64,000 nt of DNA from Moniliella sp. 'wahieum' (Eukaryota): contig RSEE01000012.1 of NCBI GenBank assembly GCA_003971905.1, forward strand, positions 124,001 to 188,000, read 5' to 3'. Below the pieces are notes generated by a model that saw nothing but the letters and a program-made list of their open reading frames with translations, was not told the origin of the DNA and searched no databases. A program made the position numbers and the translations under genes. Below are positions 37,801 through 56,122 of the stretch, one piece after another; within the stretch, counting starts at the first letter, position 1, and each line of letters starts with the position of its first letter.

Positions 37801-39750
37801 ATCCAGTTTCTTCCAACAACTTCATTGATTCGGATCAACCATCTTTGCTTTAGGACCATCAACTTGCGCTTGCGATTGGTCTTCAACAGCATTAGTTTGA
37901 TAAACGATATCAGCACCTTATGTTCCGGGGTGCTGCTTACTTAGATCTGGAAGATATTGAGTCTAATTGAGATGAGCGGCGGAAATAATGACACCAAAAC
38001 TCGAGATGGAAGATCAGATTGACGCCGTTCAGAAAAAGGAAATTGAAAGCTAACAGAAGACCTTATACAAGACTGTGCAGCAGTGACGGTGTGTTATTCT
38101 CACAAACAAACGCATATCGGTTGCGCAGATATAGGAACTATGATCATATATGTGGTATCATTTTTCTCAGCGAAGGAATAATACCCGCCAAGCAGCATCA
38201 AAGTAAGTCCATGTAGAGCACACTGATTCAGAACACGTTGCTCCTATGTATCATCTATCGTCTATACTCCATCCATATCATAGACAGAGCTTAAGGCGAG
38301 GGAACGGTAAGCGCAAACCGACCGGTTCATTCGTCTATTGTAACAATATCGCTTACGGGTACGAGGGCAATAACAAGGGGCTATACGGGAGTCACTAATC
38401 TTCGTGCCTTCCCTTGAGAAAGCGCATCGAATGATGGTAATCTGAGATAGTGTTCCTTGCAAGTACCCTATAACACGTTTCTGCGCGTTCAGTGTGACCT
38501 AGAAACACCCGATGCAGGTGGAAATTTCTTCGATTCGTCCTCAAACAAGCTCGTTTAGCGTGCCTTCCAACCAACATGTATTAGACTAGGCATCCTGTGG
38601 AAATGTTTGGCTGGCAATCCTATTGTTGAGGTACATTTTTATTAACAGTTTCTCACTTCAAGGGATTGATGACACCACCGCGAAGTGAATCACCTCCGTG
38701 AATTGCGGTAACACCTTGGTGATCTGTTGATATTCACCCTCTAGATCACGAGGATTGCAATGGAGGCGTAGAGTTTCGACGGCCGCTAGGATTTGTGCTG
38801 GTGAGATTGCAATGGAAAACCAAGCATCCAAGACGAGTCGCTAGAGGCGGTAACGAGAGAAGGCCAGGTTAGGTCAGGTTAATGCTGATCTGCAGTAGAC
38901 ATGTCATGTTCCTGGGAGTACCTTCACTTCAAATTCCACGACAAAAAGAATGTATCGCCACTATTTTTCTCAGAACCAAAGACTGTCTGTCAATGTTGTA
39001 CACGGAGAGCTCTACTGGCTGGTGGAAAAGTCAAAACATAGAAAGATGAGGCGCCAATGCCTTCATTAGTAGCAAGCTTTCCCTTCCAGAACGTGTATTT
39101 AACTGCAGAAAACAAGTAGGGATGGCGTTCGCTCCAGAGATGATATGCAAAAAAGGAAGAATAGAACGAAACAAGAACGCTGCACCTGCGGTACAACTGT
39201 TCAAATGTTACCTTCTCATCAATCATTCACAAGACGAACAAACACTCCTGGTGCAGCAATTGGCATGCACAGAACCAGAAAGGCCCCTTGGTGCAGAAGT
39301 CAGTTGCCAGTGCGTCCGTAGAGGATTATATTATAACTCTTGCCCATTGCTTTGAACTCGATGTCATGGTGCTTGACGCGAGGTATCTAGGTCACTCAGC
39401 TCTCCAAGGAGACAAGAGCAGGCGGGTTGTCTTCTTTTTGGTGGTCATGAACTTATAGCTCCTCTCGCGTATTGGTTGGCCTACTGACGGGATCCATCCT
39501 CCCTGAGCGACTGGTCTACACGAGAGAGTGTGTTAATTTGCAATTGGTCCAAGACCATTTGTTCGCATAGTGTGTCCCGCGCACGTTTCGTCTTCAAAAC
39601 CCAGTCCCATTGCGTCAAATTCCAGCTGCTCCAATCTACAAAGCCCGCAGTTCTACTTATACGCGCAACAATCATCGGCTCTTGCCCAAGTGAATTGGTG
39701 GCCACACTGCATGCCACGCAATTGTCAGTATTTTCAGTTGCGGCGATAGT
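34900..39750 (-). pseudogene. Highly decayed RecQ-like SF2 helicase relic, probably transposon or telomere-linked-helicase type
   Basis: Colinear degenerate motifs on the minus strand: DFVVLPTGAK (~36057-36028, motif I-like), LVVD-(E)RH (~35814-35793, motif II-like, needs one indel), GLSAAP (~35732-35715, motif III-like), AT...DKK..IVFGTP..GRA (~35228-35142, motif V/VI-like), and CVACSVA at ~39720-39701. Many stops; read by eye only. Confidence 0.4.
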
Positions 39751-40899
39751 CGCCCGTACCCGTTTGCATTACCTTTCTAGGTTGCCCATACGGCAACCTT
39801 GGCCCGCTGTTTGCCCCTGGCCCCCGTTCTTCCTCCATTGCGTTGTTTTCCCTTAAGTCCCAGTCTGTTAGCAATGGTTCGTGGTTTCCCCCCACGGTCC
39901 ATTGGCGTCTCCCCCTACTCTCCTCACCAATATGATCAACCTCGTAAAGGCAAACTCCTCCTCTTACTTGCACGTCCGCTTCCTTGCCTCGTCTTCCTTG
40001 GTCCCGTCGTCAGCTCTCCGTCCCTCAGACGACCTAATTGGGGTGTGCCTCCCAAGTGCCCAGATCCACAGTTCTGTCATTGTTTAATTGTCCTCCGCTG
40101 CCACTCTCCCTCCCTCCGACCGAAGGCTTCAGACACGCTAGCTCTGCCCAAGTCCGTGCTACCCAGCCTTGCCACACTTACAGCCCCCTCTGTTATACTC
40201 CAAGGGGCCTCTCCTTGTCCCTTACCCCCGCCCGGACCCACCAATCAGCCCAAGTGCGAAACTACAGTATGAGTCGACTACCTTAGGACCTCCAAGGAAT
40301 TATCCCTCAACCCTGCCCCAGAACGATGAGGAGGTGATGGATTAGAACCAGAGTTGGATCTGGGGACAGAGCATCGATGTATGAGTCCGGACGAGGCATG
40401 GGGGGGGGGGAGGCAGTGAGGCACACGGGAGAGAATGCAAGGTACAGGGACAGTGCTACACACGCTGGGACGGTACCCGCAGCGTGGAAGCCGATGGAAC
40501 CGATGCGAACCTGGTCTACCGACTGGGGGCCGGAGGATCAAGGCAATATCATTCGCTTAATCGCGGGACTAGATCTTTGACGGTACTAACGAAACCATTC
40601 AAAGCGAGGTGGACACGGCGGCAAGCTCTTTTTCGCTCGGTAACAGGGGATGGAGATCATGGGGAGAAGGATGAGGATCATATTCATCGTGCGGAAAGAG
40701 AACGAGGTATATACGTCGGAGAAGAAAGAACATGCGAGCTAAATCACATGGAGGGAAAGAGGGAGCACAATCCAAAGGGGGGAAACAGGGTCTAGAACAA
40801 ATCAAAGGGGCGAGACAACTTGGTGACGAAACGTGATCAAGTGAGTCTGATCCCGACACTCGGAGAGGCATATTAGCAAAGTCATCAGTCCCAACCAAC

Positions 40900-42300
40900 A
40901 CAACACCATGTCACTTTGAGGCCCTACATAATGGTGCCGCGGTGATGAGGAGAAACTAAAACTATATCAACGCACTACTACAATAACGCACCTTTCCATC
41001 ATCGCATATGGATGGGGGGTCGTCGGCACCTGTGTTATACTGCCTATCGCAGACAATTTTCTTCTGCACAGATCGTCACCTGTCTACTGTGCTAGTACCC
41101 GCCACTCACATCAGAGGTCTGTTCCCACATCGTTGGTTCCCTCTCGCTACTGCAAAAAACCTACTATCTATGATTCTTCTCCCCCCAAATGTGCCTCTGT
41201 CTGCGAACCGGATAAATGACCATCGCCTCTTTTTGGACATCACACGCTTACGCGCAAGAATGACTCAAAACTCTTCATATATAGTAATATGTCACTTCGT
41301 ACTGCTTCCTCGGCGAAGGACACATCATGTGCACACTCCCGCCAGAGACCGACCCCCCCCCCTCCTGCCTATGTCGGCAGTATGCAACTTCAATGACTGT
41401 CGTGCTCATGCAGTCGTTCTAATAGGCTGGGACCCCACACCAGGGTCTTCTATCGAACCAATGTTGCGGCCCTTGCCAGGGGCTTGCTAAGGATCCGGCC
41501 ATTGGTCCCTCACAACCACAACTGATGATCCGAAGAACCTTCGGAAGCTCCCTCCTGAGAATCTCTTACAGAGGTATCAAGGACAGCAGGAACGTATAGT
41601 GAGCGTAAGTGCTTGATGATACCGCCTCAGGAACGCACGATCAGTCTGTTACCCGAATGAATATACTGTCCCTGTCACCGAATGACTAAACTCGCTCCAA
41701 TTTCCAATTCTGCATCCTGTGTCTCTCGCTCTTCCCTTCCCTTTTGCTTCTGTTCTCTGCCTGATGCCTTCTGTTTCCTCCCACGAACGATCTTGCCTTT
41801 CCCCCCGCCTCTGACAGGACCTTGGTCTCCCTCGTTTAGCCCCGACTGTTACAGTCCCATCCATATGATTTCACTGAATTTACGTACTACTGGTCCTATT
41901 GTCCCGAAATGGGCTCGGACGGTATTGGATACCATCTTTATAGCGAACTACTTTACCATCCCTTCTTCCACTACCCCACTCCCTTTTCCACTGCCTTCTT
42001 GCACTCAACAATCTCTAATAAGTTGCATTGTTGTTGCCGTTGGCCTTATTCTGACGCTTTAACGTGGTGAAGCCGCCATAGGCGAGTATAATCAAATCCG
42101 TTGCGGTAACGATCTATCATTTCTGATACCTATACCAGGTTGAAGGGGCTCAATCAGTGCCTCGACAAGGTAATACTCGGACAACGACCCACAAGTACAA
42201 GCCCGGAGTCATTATTGCGGCTTGGGGTGTGTGGGAAAGGGAAAATGCGGAGAGGCGCCCCTAAACCCAGTTGGGGGCTTAACGAATCAGAAAGATGATT
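40900..42300 (+). mobile_element. Possible decayed LTR-retrotransposon gag/protease remnant
   Basis: Degenerate zinc knuckle PCQ-AC*GSGHW at 41471-41505, followed by VLDT..ANYF (41922 onward) resembling a retropepsin DTG motif. No RT or integrase seen. Confidence 0.25.
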
Positions 42301-43287
42301 GGTTTGCTTCATCGTCGGCGAGGACCCCTGGGTGTGAGCGGAGCCTATGAGCTGGGAGCGGGGAGTACGTATAGCGGGAATACCTCTGCTCGCTGTGAGG
42401 ATGACGAAGAGCTGTGGCACATATATCAGAAACCCTCGATATTTGTGTATTGATGGGCCTGTTCCCGTCGCTCAAAGTCCTCGAGAGAAGTGATGGCAAT
42501 TCGTCGGTGGTGGAGGTTGGGATATTCAGTGATGCAAGCCATGGTCCCTCGAGAAAAGAACTTGGAACGCCAGGCTGACCAGGCTAACCAGGCTGTCTAT
42601 CTTCTGTGGCGAGGGAGCCTGGGCTGCGGGAAGAAACATAATTGACTCCGAACTATCGATCCGAGAAACAACGGAACTCCGTCTGTCAGGGCCTGTGCCA
42701 GACGCTACCGTGCTGACTGGCTCACCATTCCTTCCCCTCATCCTTCTTTTACTAGGGAGAAACTCCACTCTAGGAGAACTACCTTTTCGATAAGCTCTCT
42801 TACCCCCTCCTCCCTCATCTGAGCTCCCCACTTTCTCGTCTGGCCCTTAATGTGCAACCTCCTTTGCAGACGCTGCCTGGTCCTGCCCGACGAACAGCAA
42901 AAAAGCACTACTCGCGACCTTCAGCCTATACGTTCACGCCAGTGTTCCTTGAACTTTAAATCTGTAACTCGTTCATTTCTCCGTGTGAGTCTCGTATCCG
43001 ATGGGTAGGAAAAGTCTCCACCTGAGAAGCAAGCAACCCCGTTTCAGTACGGATGGCTAAGCATAGATGCGACTGTCACTGTCTGTATCTCTCCTCTCCT
43101 CGGCATGGGCAACGGCTGGCACGCCCTCACCAGAAAAGAGATCGCCTCGCATCACGTGATGCCTGGCCGCAGAGTCTGCCGCATTATTCCGCCCTTTGTT
43201 CCGCCAACGGCGTCCCAGCTGGTCGCCCTCAGCCGCAGTCGGCGGTGTCTTGTCTTGACCACCACCGCCTGCTCCCGCCCCGACCCC

Positions 43288-43605
43288 ATGGGCAAACGCA
43301 AATCCTCCCGCAAGCCTCAGGGCCCCAAGAAGCGCGAGCCGCTGGATACGGTATTTACCTGTCTGTTCTGCAACCACCCCAAGTCGGTGACGGTCAAGTT
43401 TGATCGATCCTCCGACGTTGGCCACCTCAAGTGCAAAGTCTGTGGCCAGCACTGGAGTCATCCCACAGACAACTTGACTGAGCCCATTGACCTCTACTCG
43501 TGCGTATCCCCCTCCCTCTGTTTGTGACATCATGGCTCACCTCTCTTTGGTAGGTTATGGATCGATGCTTGCGAAGAGGTCAACAAAGATGAGGACAACG
43601 CGTAA
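43288..43605 (+). CDS. ELF1: Transcription elongation factor Elf1
   Basis: MGKRKSSRKP...FTCLFCNH...CKVCGQ...EPIDLYS|LWIDACE; intron 43500-43553 (GTGCGT...TAG) restores the frame to the TAA at 43603-43605. Confidence 0.96.
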
Positions 43606-44032
43606 ACCTACCTAGCTCACGTCAACACATGTTGGCTTGACTCCCCCGTTCCAAACAAGAACGAGCTCGTCTTTCATTTTCAGAGCTGGGCTATCTGTTG
43701 CAACAGCAACGTGTATTATACGCTCCAGATGGTGTGCTGCTGTAAACGAGTCTTGCGGATCCCACCTGAGCGAGCATCGGTCCCTGGACTCGAGTCATTT
43801 GTGCCATGCTCCTTCAGCTGTCTAGATCCTGCAATGTTCAACAACGCATCTATCGCACTGGAGTTAGTGGGGGTGCCCATAGCATGAGAATTATCCCTTC
43901 TGAGAGGTGGCCTCGGTAGAAGAAGATGCAGGGCGGCAGCGAAGAGCATGGATACAAGGAGCGAGCGGGCACAAAAATGGCCGTACATGGGGAGTAGACG
44001 AGGGGAAGGACAAGGGCGGGCACCAGGGCTGG

Positions 44033-45690
<1,658 letters not shown>

Positions 45691-45936
45691 GATGATGCAA
45701 AGGTGTGGAAGGAAAGAGGGGTGGTGGTGGTGGTGTCAGCAGCAGCCAGGACAAAGCAGCTTGAGCCCCTCTATTTTTTTTGTCTCGGCCGCAAAACACA
45801 AGAAAAAGTTTGAAGCGCGTCCCTATTCCGCTCCCCGCGTTCCGCCCCGTGCTGACGCGAGTTAAAACACCCAGCCTCCTCCGCCACCATCCCTCCACTG
45901 GTCCGCTCGGGCTCCCGCCGACGCTCTTCGCTGACG

Positions 45937-48900
45937 ATGGGTGTTACCGGGCTCTGGACTCTGGTCGAGCCCGTCGGGCGCCCCATCCGGACCGAGTCCC
46001 TGGCTGGCGAGCGGCTGGCCATCGACAGCTCCATCTGGCTCTACCACTTCCGCATGGCCATGCGGGACAAGTCCGGCCCGCGCTCCACAATGCTCATGTC
46101 CTTGGCTTCCTCTGGCGCATCCTCCGCCTCCTCCATCTCGGCATCAAGCCTGTGTTTGTCTTCGATGGAGGAGCACCCGTATTGAAACGCCGTACCCTCG
46201 CTGCCCGCCGCCACCGCCGCGAAGGCGCCAAGGAGAGCCATGCTCGCACCGCCGAGCGGCTGCTGCATGCCCAGCTCCGCGAGGCTGCCGTGCGCCAGGC
46301 CCTCAGTGCTGCCGAACAGAACCGTCCATCCCGTGAGGCAGAACAGCATTCGCCTTCCACCTCCGACCGGCACCCATCTCCCGGCTTGGGAGCGGACGTG
46401 GTATACCAAGATGATTTAACTGCTCATCCGGATCAGGGGGCCACCTCGGCTTCAGGTGCGAGCGCCAAGCCGTCCCCTCCTGCCAAGTCCAAGGGCAAGG
46501 CTGTTGTGGCGCTTCCAAGAGATTATCAAAAGGATCCATATGCTCTCCCTCCCATGGAAACGTCTCTGGCTACCATTGGCCTCCGTCCCACCTCTCGAAG
46601 GGATGGCGGGGGGAAGCGTCCAGACCTGGCCAAGGAGGGCCCGCCCATTCGTGCCAAGGCCGACTTTCGTTACGCAACCGAGGATGAATTGGGACCTCAT
46701 GTCCAGCCTTCGCCCTTCCGACCTTTCTCTCGATTCGCCTGTCTTTGCGTCGCTCCCCGTATCGCTACAATATGAGCTTGTGGGTGATATGCGCGCCCAG
46801 AGCCGCGGTACATCTTTCAAACGGCTGCAGTCCATGATTACTGCAGCCCCGACCGCGAGCGACTTTAGTCGTCAGCAAGTCCTCGGTCTCAAGACACGCA
46901 ACGACTGGACCCAGCGTGTGCTGGAGGTGACGGATGAGATTGGGCGAGCTCATATTAAGGTCGATGTTGATTCGAAGGACCAGTACACCACCCAGCACGG
47001 AAGGGTTGTTGGGTCCCGTTCCAAAGAGTACGTACTGGTCCGCAACGAGGCAGAGGGTGGCTTCGTCCTTGGTCGGCAGCGCCAATCCAACGGCGACAGC
47101 AAAAAAGCGCGATCGATGTAGATGCTCCAAAGCGCATCTCTGCAGTCGATGCACTTGCCTCGGACGACGAATTTTCCCATGCCATCTCCAAGTCGCGGTC
47201 ACACGCAATGGAGAGCGACGAGGAAGAATTTGAAGAAGTGCATGCATCGTCCTCGTCAGTTCCCCTCCCCTCATACTTTCCAGCTGAGGATCCTGAGGCT
47301 GCCATGCTCAAGCAAAAAGAACGGGCTGTGGGTATTATTGAGGAACGGGCCCGTGTGCATGCCAAGCAGGCTCGTCTCGAGGCGGGCATGCCTAGCATCG
47401 AGGATGTGATTGAGGACGAGGATGAACAAGCTGCTGCCACTCTAAAAGCCGATCAGTTGACTGGAAAACCTCCTGCGCAACGTATGCCTCTGTTCCGCCA
47501 ACCAGAGCCTGAGATTCCGTCCCGCATGGCCCTAGCATCTTCTGTTCGCCACCCACGCCAAACCCGATCTTCGACTCGTGACACTCTGCCATCCGTATCT
47601 GACACCCAAGTGGGGCGCTACCACAACCAACAAGTCTTGATTCCTCCTACAGCGGGCTCTCCTCCGTCTGACGACCATGGATCAACCCAAGTGATCAATA
47701 CGGATTTGGACGTGGCGGATATGGACTTTTCGGTGGACATGTACACTGCTGCATTTGGCTCGGAAGCCAAATCAGCACAAAAGCGCAAGCGCGAGTTCCA
47801 CGACCCAACCCGATAGCGGGACTAGCCCCCCTGCCGTTAAGAAACAGAATGGATATACCTCTATTGGGCGTGCGTCATCGCCTTCTCCCCATCCGCATGT
47901 ACCGGAGCCTTCGCCTCGCCTGCAAGAACCCTCTCACTCCATACGTCTCCGCGAGCTTCCCCCGTCCGGCTCAGATTCACTCCGTCGTTCTTCTCAAGAG
48001 TTGTCGGGCGCTTTGCCCTCGGCGGCTGTACCTCCCCGTGCGGGTGGCGAAGCTCCATCTGGTTTCCAAACGCAGCCTTCAAGTGAAGGCACTGTACCCC
48101 TTAAGCCTGTTGAATCCAGGACGACGACCTCCCCTGCCCAACATTTGCCTCCTCAGGATCTTTCCTCTTGTGTCCCCATGTCCACTGTGAGGCGGGATGA
48201 GAGCGAGGAGGAGGGGAGGAGTTCGAAGAGGTGGGGCAGAAAGGGGAGAGCGGAGAGGATGGAGAGGAGGGAGCGGAACAGTTTGGAAAAGTTGCGCAAC
48301 GTGGTGTTTTGAACCAGGTTCGTTTCTTCGAGTCACGCCTAAGTTTGTTCCACTAACCTTTCGTTTTTACAGGACAACGACGGGGAAAAGTCCCGTGAAC
48401 CTGACACTACACATCGTTCACCCTCTCCAAACGGGAAGAATCGGGATGAGCAGGAGCCGGAAGGAAGAGTAGGTAGGCCCAGTCTAGTACGGCGCTCCCC
48501 CTCCCCCTCCCTCCAAAGGGTTCACCTTTTTTTTCATCCGACTCCGATTCAGAGGAAGAGGATGAGGTGGTAATTGGTGCGGACGGCTTCCCCCTTCCTT
48601 CTTTTGAGGAGATGAAACGGGCCGAAGAAGAGGATGAGGGTCTCGATGAGATTATCGAGACGGAGACGCGGGGCTTGACGAGTGTGCTGCGCAATGGGAG
48701 TGTTCAGCCCTCGTCGACTGTACGGGGTGCCAAAGCGCCATCCAAGCCAGCCGCCACTTTGGAAGAGATGGCGGCGGAGGCGGCCGAGGAGGTAGCTAAA
48801 CTCCGTGCCCAGCACGTGGCTTCTCGCCGCAGTGAAGAGGACATTACGACCGAGATGGCACTCGATGTGCAGTACATGTTGCGTCAGTTTGGCATACCAT

Positions 48901-50297
48901 ACATTACTGGTCCCATGGAGGCCGAAGCGCAGTGTGCGGCTCTCGTTGAGCTTGGTCTGTGTGATGGGATCATCACAGACGACTCGGATGTGTTTCTGTT
49001 TGGGGCAAACGCGTGTTCAAAAACATGTTCAACGACACTAAAACGGTTCAGGTCTTTACGCTGGCGGACTTGGAGCGTGGGGTAGGGCTGGACCGCAACC
49101 GCCTGATCGAACTCGCCTACTTGTTGGGATCCGATTACACCGGGGCTCGACGGCGGGGCATCGTGTTTGCGATGGAAATCCTCAGTTTATTCCCTCAAGA
49201 CGATGGGCTGGAGCGCTTCCGCCAATGGTGGCTCAAGGTGCAACAGGGTGGTGGGGCGGACGTAGATGAGGCCGTCTTGCCCCCCCGCGCGAGCGAAAGC
49301 GAGAAGGCGATACTTCGCAAGCGCTTGAAACGTATCAAGCGAACGTTAGTGAATCGAGTGCACCTCAGCTTAACGGGCGACTGGCCTCAACCGGAGGTGA
49401 AAGAGGCCTACCTGCATCCCCAAGTCGACCTGAGCGACGAGCCTTTGCCTGGGGGGTTCCCGATCTTGAGCAAGTTCGTCGTTGTCTTGCTCATTTCTTA
49501 AGCTGGGGGCCCGATAAGGTCGATCAATACGTCCAGCCCATTATCCAGCAGGTTGTGGCCCGCGCTCGCAACCCCGTACAACAGAATCTGCTAAACAAGT
49601 ATGCTGGCTTCAACACCCTGCCTTCCAACCGGCACGGAGGGCGACGACGTTCAGCTCGGGACGCCTCCAGCAAGTTGTGCAGGGATTTCGTGCGGCTCGA
49701 ACAGCTCAGGAAGCAGGGTCCGCGTCTACGGGGGAAGGTGGCGACGGAGATGGTGAAGGACCCTCCCATTGGTCGGCCCTGAACCGGCTTCAGATGCCGA
49801 TCTCTCCAGCCGGCGCGGAAGGGGACGTGGACGAAAGAAACAGGAAGAGGAAGGGGAAGGGGAAGGGGAAGAGGAAGAGGGAGGGGAGGGGGAGGGGACA
49901 AGGTCAGGCCCACGGGGTAGGGCGCGATAGTTCAACTCCCTCCAACGGTTCGGACTCGAGCAGCTCCCCCCCTCCTGAGGCCGATCACCCCCCTGCAGAG
50001 GATCAAGGTCTCGCGGACGAGGGATGGACGGGCCCGACGGCAGACTGCATCCACAACCCAGACAGCCACCGAGGGTCAGGGCCCCAGAACGACCTTCCCC
50101 CCCCTCCGCGCGCCGCACGTCCGCGGCCCCGTGCTGCGCGGGCTGCGACAGCCGAAAGTAAGAGCCGGCTGCGTGTTGCTCGGGACTTGAGCCTGGACGA
50201 CCTCAGTGCCCTCTCGCCGAGTGCCTCGGGGAAGGACTCCTCGCGAGTCTCGCGAGCCCCAACGCGGGACCCCACGCCGGGGAAAGGGGCAGCTTGA
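45937..50297 (+). CDS. RAD2: XPG/Rad2 structure-specific endonuclease
   Basis: XPG-N: MGVTGLW...[10 protein letters not shown]...[32 protein letters not shown]...[15 protein letters not shown]3[21 protein letters not shown]. 3' end approximate. Confidence 0.95.
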
Positions 50298-50690
50298 CTG
50301 ATCTATGCCCCTGTTCACATGCTTAATCCACTGCACGAAGCCTATACTCGAACTCCTCAATCAGATGCAATTTTCCTCTCTCGGACCGTGGCGTCCTAGT
50401 ACACAGCATCATGCCCACCCGACCCGTAGCGGATAGAGGAGTTCACCTGTTCATCCGGCCATGCCCACAATGAGGGAATGTCCGTGGCGAGTCGGAGCGA
50501 ACGCGCCGGCCGGAGGCGAACCAGCAACCCCCGGCTCGCACCGGATGGGCTCTCGGGGGATCTGGCAGCGCGGCCGGTCATTAAAAAAGGGCAAGCAGGT
50601 CGCTCGGTTGCACCGAACACCGACCACTCCAATGCAGTCCTGCTTCCAGACACTCCGCCTGCCTTCCCACCGTCACCACCTCCGCCAGCG

Positions 50691-52420
50691 ATGAGCTCCT
50701 TCAAGCGCCGTTTGCGCACCGCACCGCCGCACGTGTCCGTCTCTCCTCCTCCTCCGGCGCCGACGCTCGCCCCGACACAGCCGCTGGCCTGCCCGGCGGC
50801 CTGCGGTTGGCGGCGCAGCGCAAGCCTCTACCCGCCCGGAGTCAAGTCCGGCACCTGGGGCACCTCGGCCCCCGTCCTGTCTCTCGCCTGGGCGCGATGG
50901 ACGATCTGGGTCCGGTGGTGGCCAGCCTGTTGGGTCTACACTTCTCCTCCTGCCGACGATTGACACCCATCCCCTCCCACCGCGGGGGCAGGAGGTCGGC
51001 TTGACACCCGCCATGGCCGCGCTTGGTTCTGCCGAGCCATATCTCGACCTGGTCGCTCACAGGTGTAGCCCAAGCATCGCATCTCACACTACAACATCGT
51101 TGTGTCGGATGCTGTCTCCTCCTACCTTCATTCCCTTCCGCGGAGGATCGGAGAGGAGGCCAATGTTGCCGACCTGGAAGCCAAGGGTGCCCGCCCGGAC
51201 AAGGGCTCCGACCAGTTGAACATTGCGTTTCGTTACGAGCGCATGTCGGTTGCCTCCAACGACTGCCGACAGAAAAGAGCGATTTCTGTGCGGCTACGAC
51301 CTCAACCGACGAATCCATCCTGCGTGTTGAAGGATGCGCAAGAGGCCGGACAAATCCTCCCCCCTCTAGCCTGGTGGGTACGAACAGACGCTTCGCGCCA
51401 TCGAGCAGCCTGTCCACCAGATCCTGTCTTCGCACCCGAAGAGCGCTGGCTCCCTGTGATTCGGATTAACGTGCGCAACCTAGGAGGCTTAGGTGGGACG
51501 AGGCGCCGACCTCGTCCTTGGTCCGGTTCTGCTCCATCTGCGCCTTTGGTGCGGGCCCTCTGCCGCCCGCTGCGCCGCCAAGGCGTACGCAGTGGCCAGC
51601 GTCACGCCTCAGCGCACTGGTTGCCGACAGCACCCACCTCGCCCACCTCGCCGATGCGGCACTCAGCATGTCTTCCTTCTCAGCCTCAGGGCCGAGTTTG
51701 CGGACGACCTTAGCGGAAGGTACACTGGGGCTGTGCTGTGCTTCGTCGCCTGCCTTGGGCCAATTGACAGATGGCAGTGCACGTGCCAGTGTTCTTCGTG
51801 GCCTGGGTACCACCAGTGTCGTTCCCACCCGTTCGGGGAGCGGACGGTGACCGTCGGTGGCGCTGGCTGGGGCGGGGAAAACAACTTGGCCTTCTCGTGC
51901 GGAGGAGGACGTTCAAAGTGGAGCTATTGCAGATCGATGAACCAGGGGAGGGAAATCGTCCTCCAAATCGACCTCTAGCTCTACCTCTAGCTCTACCTCT
52001 AGCTCTGCCTCTGTCTCTACATCTGCCTCTGTCCTGTCTCGCCCAGTCCTTCTGCTCCCATCGCTCCACCACAGTTCCCTCCACCACCCTCGTTCCCACC
52101 TACATCCCGGCCAGCTCTGCGCTGCCGCTTCAAATAATTCACTTCTGCTTCTGCTCAGCTTCCGCTGCTGCGCTTCCCCCTCCGCCATCTCCCGAGTCGC
52201 AACGAGGGTCGGGACCTACGACCGCTACTGCTTCGACGCCACCCCCCGCTGGGGCAAGTGTGCCCAAAGGTCTGGCCTTCCTGCGCGCCCGAGGCCAACA
52301 GCTGCGTTCGTCCCAGCCGTCGATGAGTGTGAGGGGGGGGAAGAAAGTGCTCGTCGGGCGCCGGTGCCGCACCGAACTCCTGTCCAACTGGCCCGAAGTG
52401 CCAAAGACCTGGAGTTTTAA
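50691..52420 (+). CDS. ELP4: Elongator complex subunit Elp4 (PAXNEB family)
   Basis: MSSFKRR start, QLNIAFRYE, LAHLADAAL, GGENNLAF.VRRRTFKVELL, and a terminal DLEF*. Frameshifted. Confidence 0.85.
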
Positions 52421-52732
52421 GCTTGTTGACCCCCTGATCGCATTCCCCATACTTAATAGCCCGTATCTAGCATCTGGTTGATGGCTCTTCTCCTATTATG
52501 GCCGCTCTACTAAGCGCTAAACCTGCTTTGCTATCCTATTTCTCGCGACGACCAAGGGCAGTCCCGTTCCGGTAGGAGAGCACGTCTTGGCCACCCGTCG
52601 TAGCTACATATCCATAGACGTCCATCTACATTTCTACTCCTCTCACTTTGGATGTACGCAACAAGAGCGCACAAGAAGAATAGCATACTGCAACGCCCCG
52701 CACCTGCAACAATACCATCCTGATCAGCGAGA

Positions 52733-55983
<3,251 letters not shown>

Positions 55984-56016
55984 GGACGCCTCGCCGTGCT
56001 CGGGCTGGATGGCGGC

Positions 56017-56122
56017 CATGGCGATGGCGAGGGCAATGGCGTAGCGATGGCGAGGGCGATGGCGATGGCGATGGCGATGGCGATGGCGATGGCGCTGGAG
56101 ATGGCGCTGGATATGGCGCTGG
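56017..56122. repeat. (GCGATG)n hexamer tract and 12-bp ATGGCGCTGGA(G/T) repeats at the 5' end of the SNF1-like gene
   Basis: Directly visible. Confidence 0.9.

Noticed and set aside
45795..45870. RRPE-like (GAAAAAGTTT) and MCB-like (ACGCG) sites in the DBP2/RAD2 promoter
   Set aside because: Short, imperfect matches that are expected by chance.
51972..52030. 12-bp CTCTAGCTCTAC repeats in ELP4
   Set aside because: Low-complexity Ser/Thr linker in the C-terminal tail, with no further signal.
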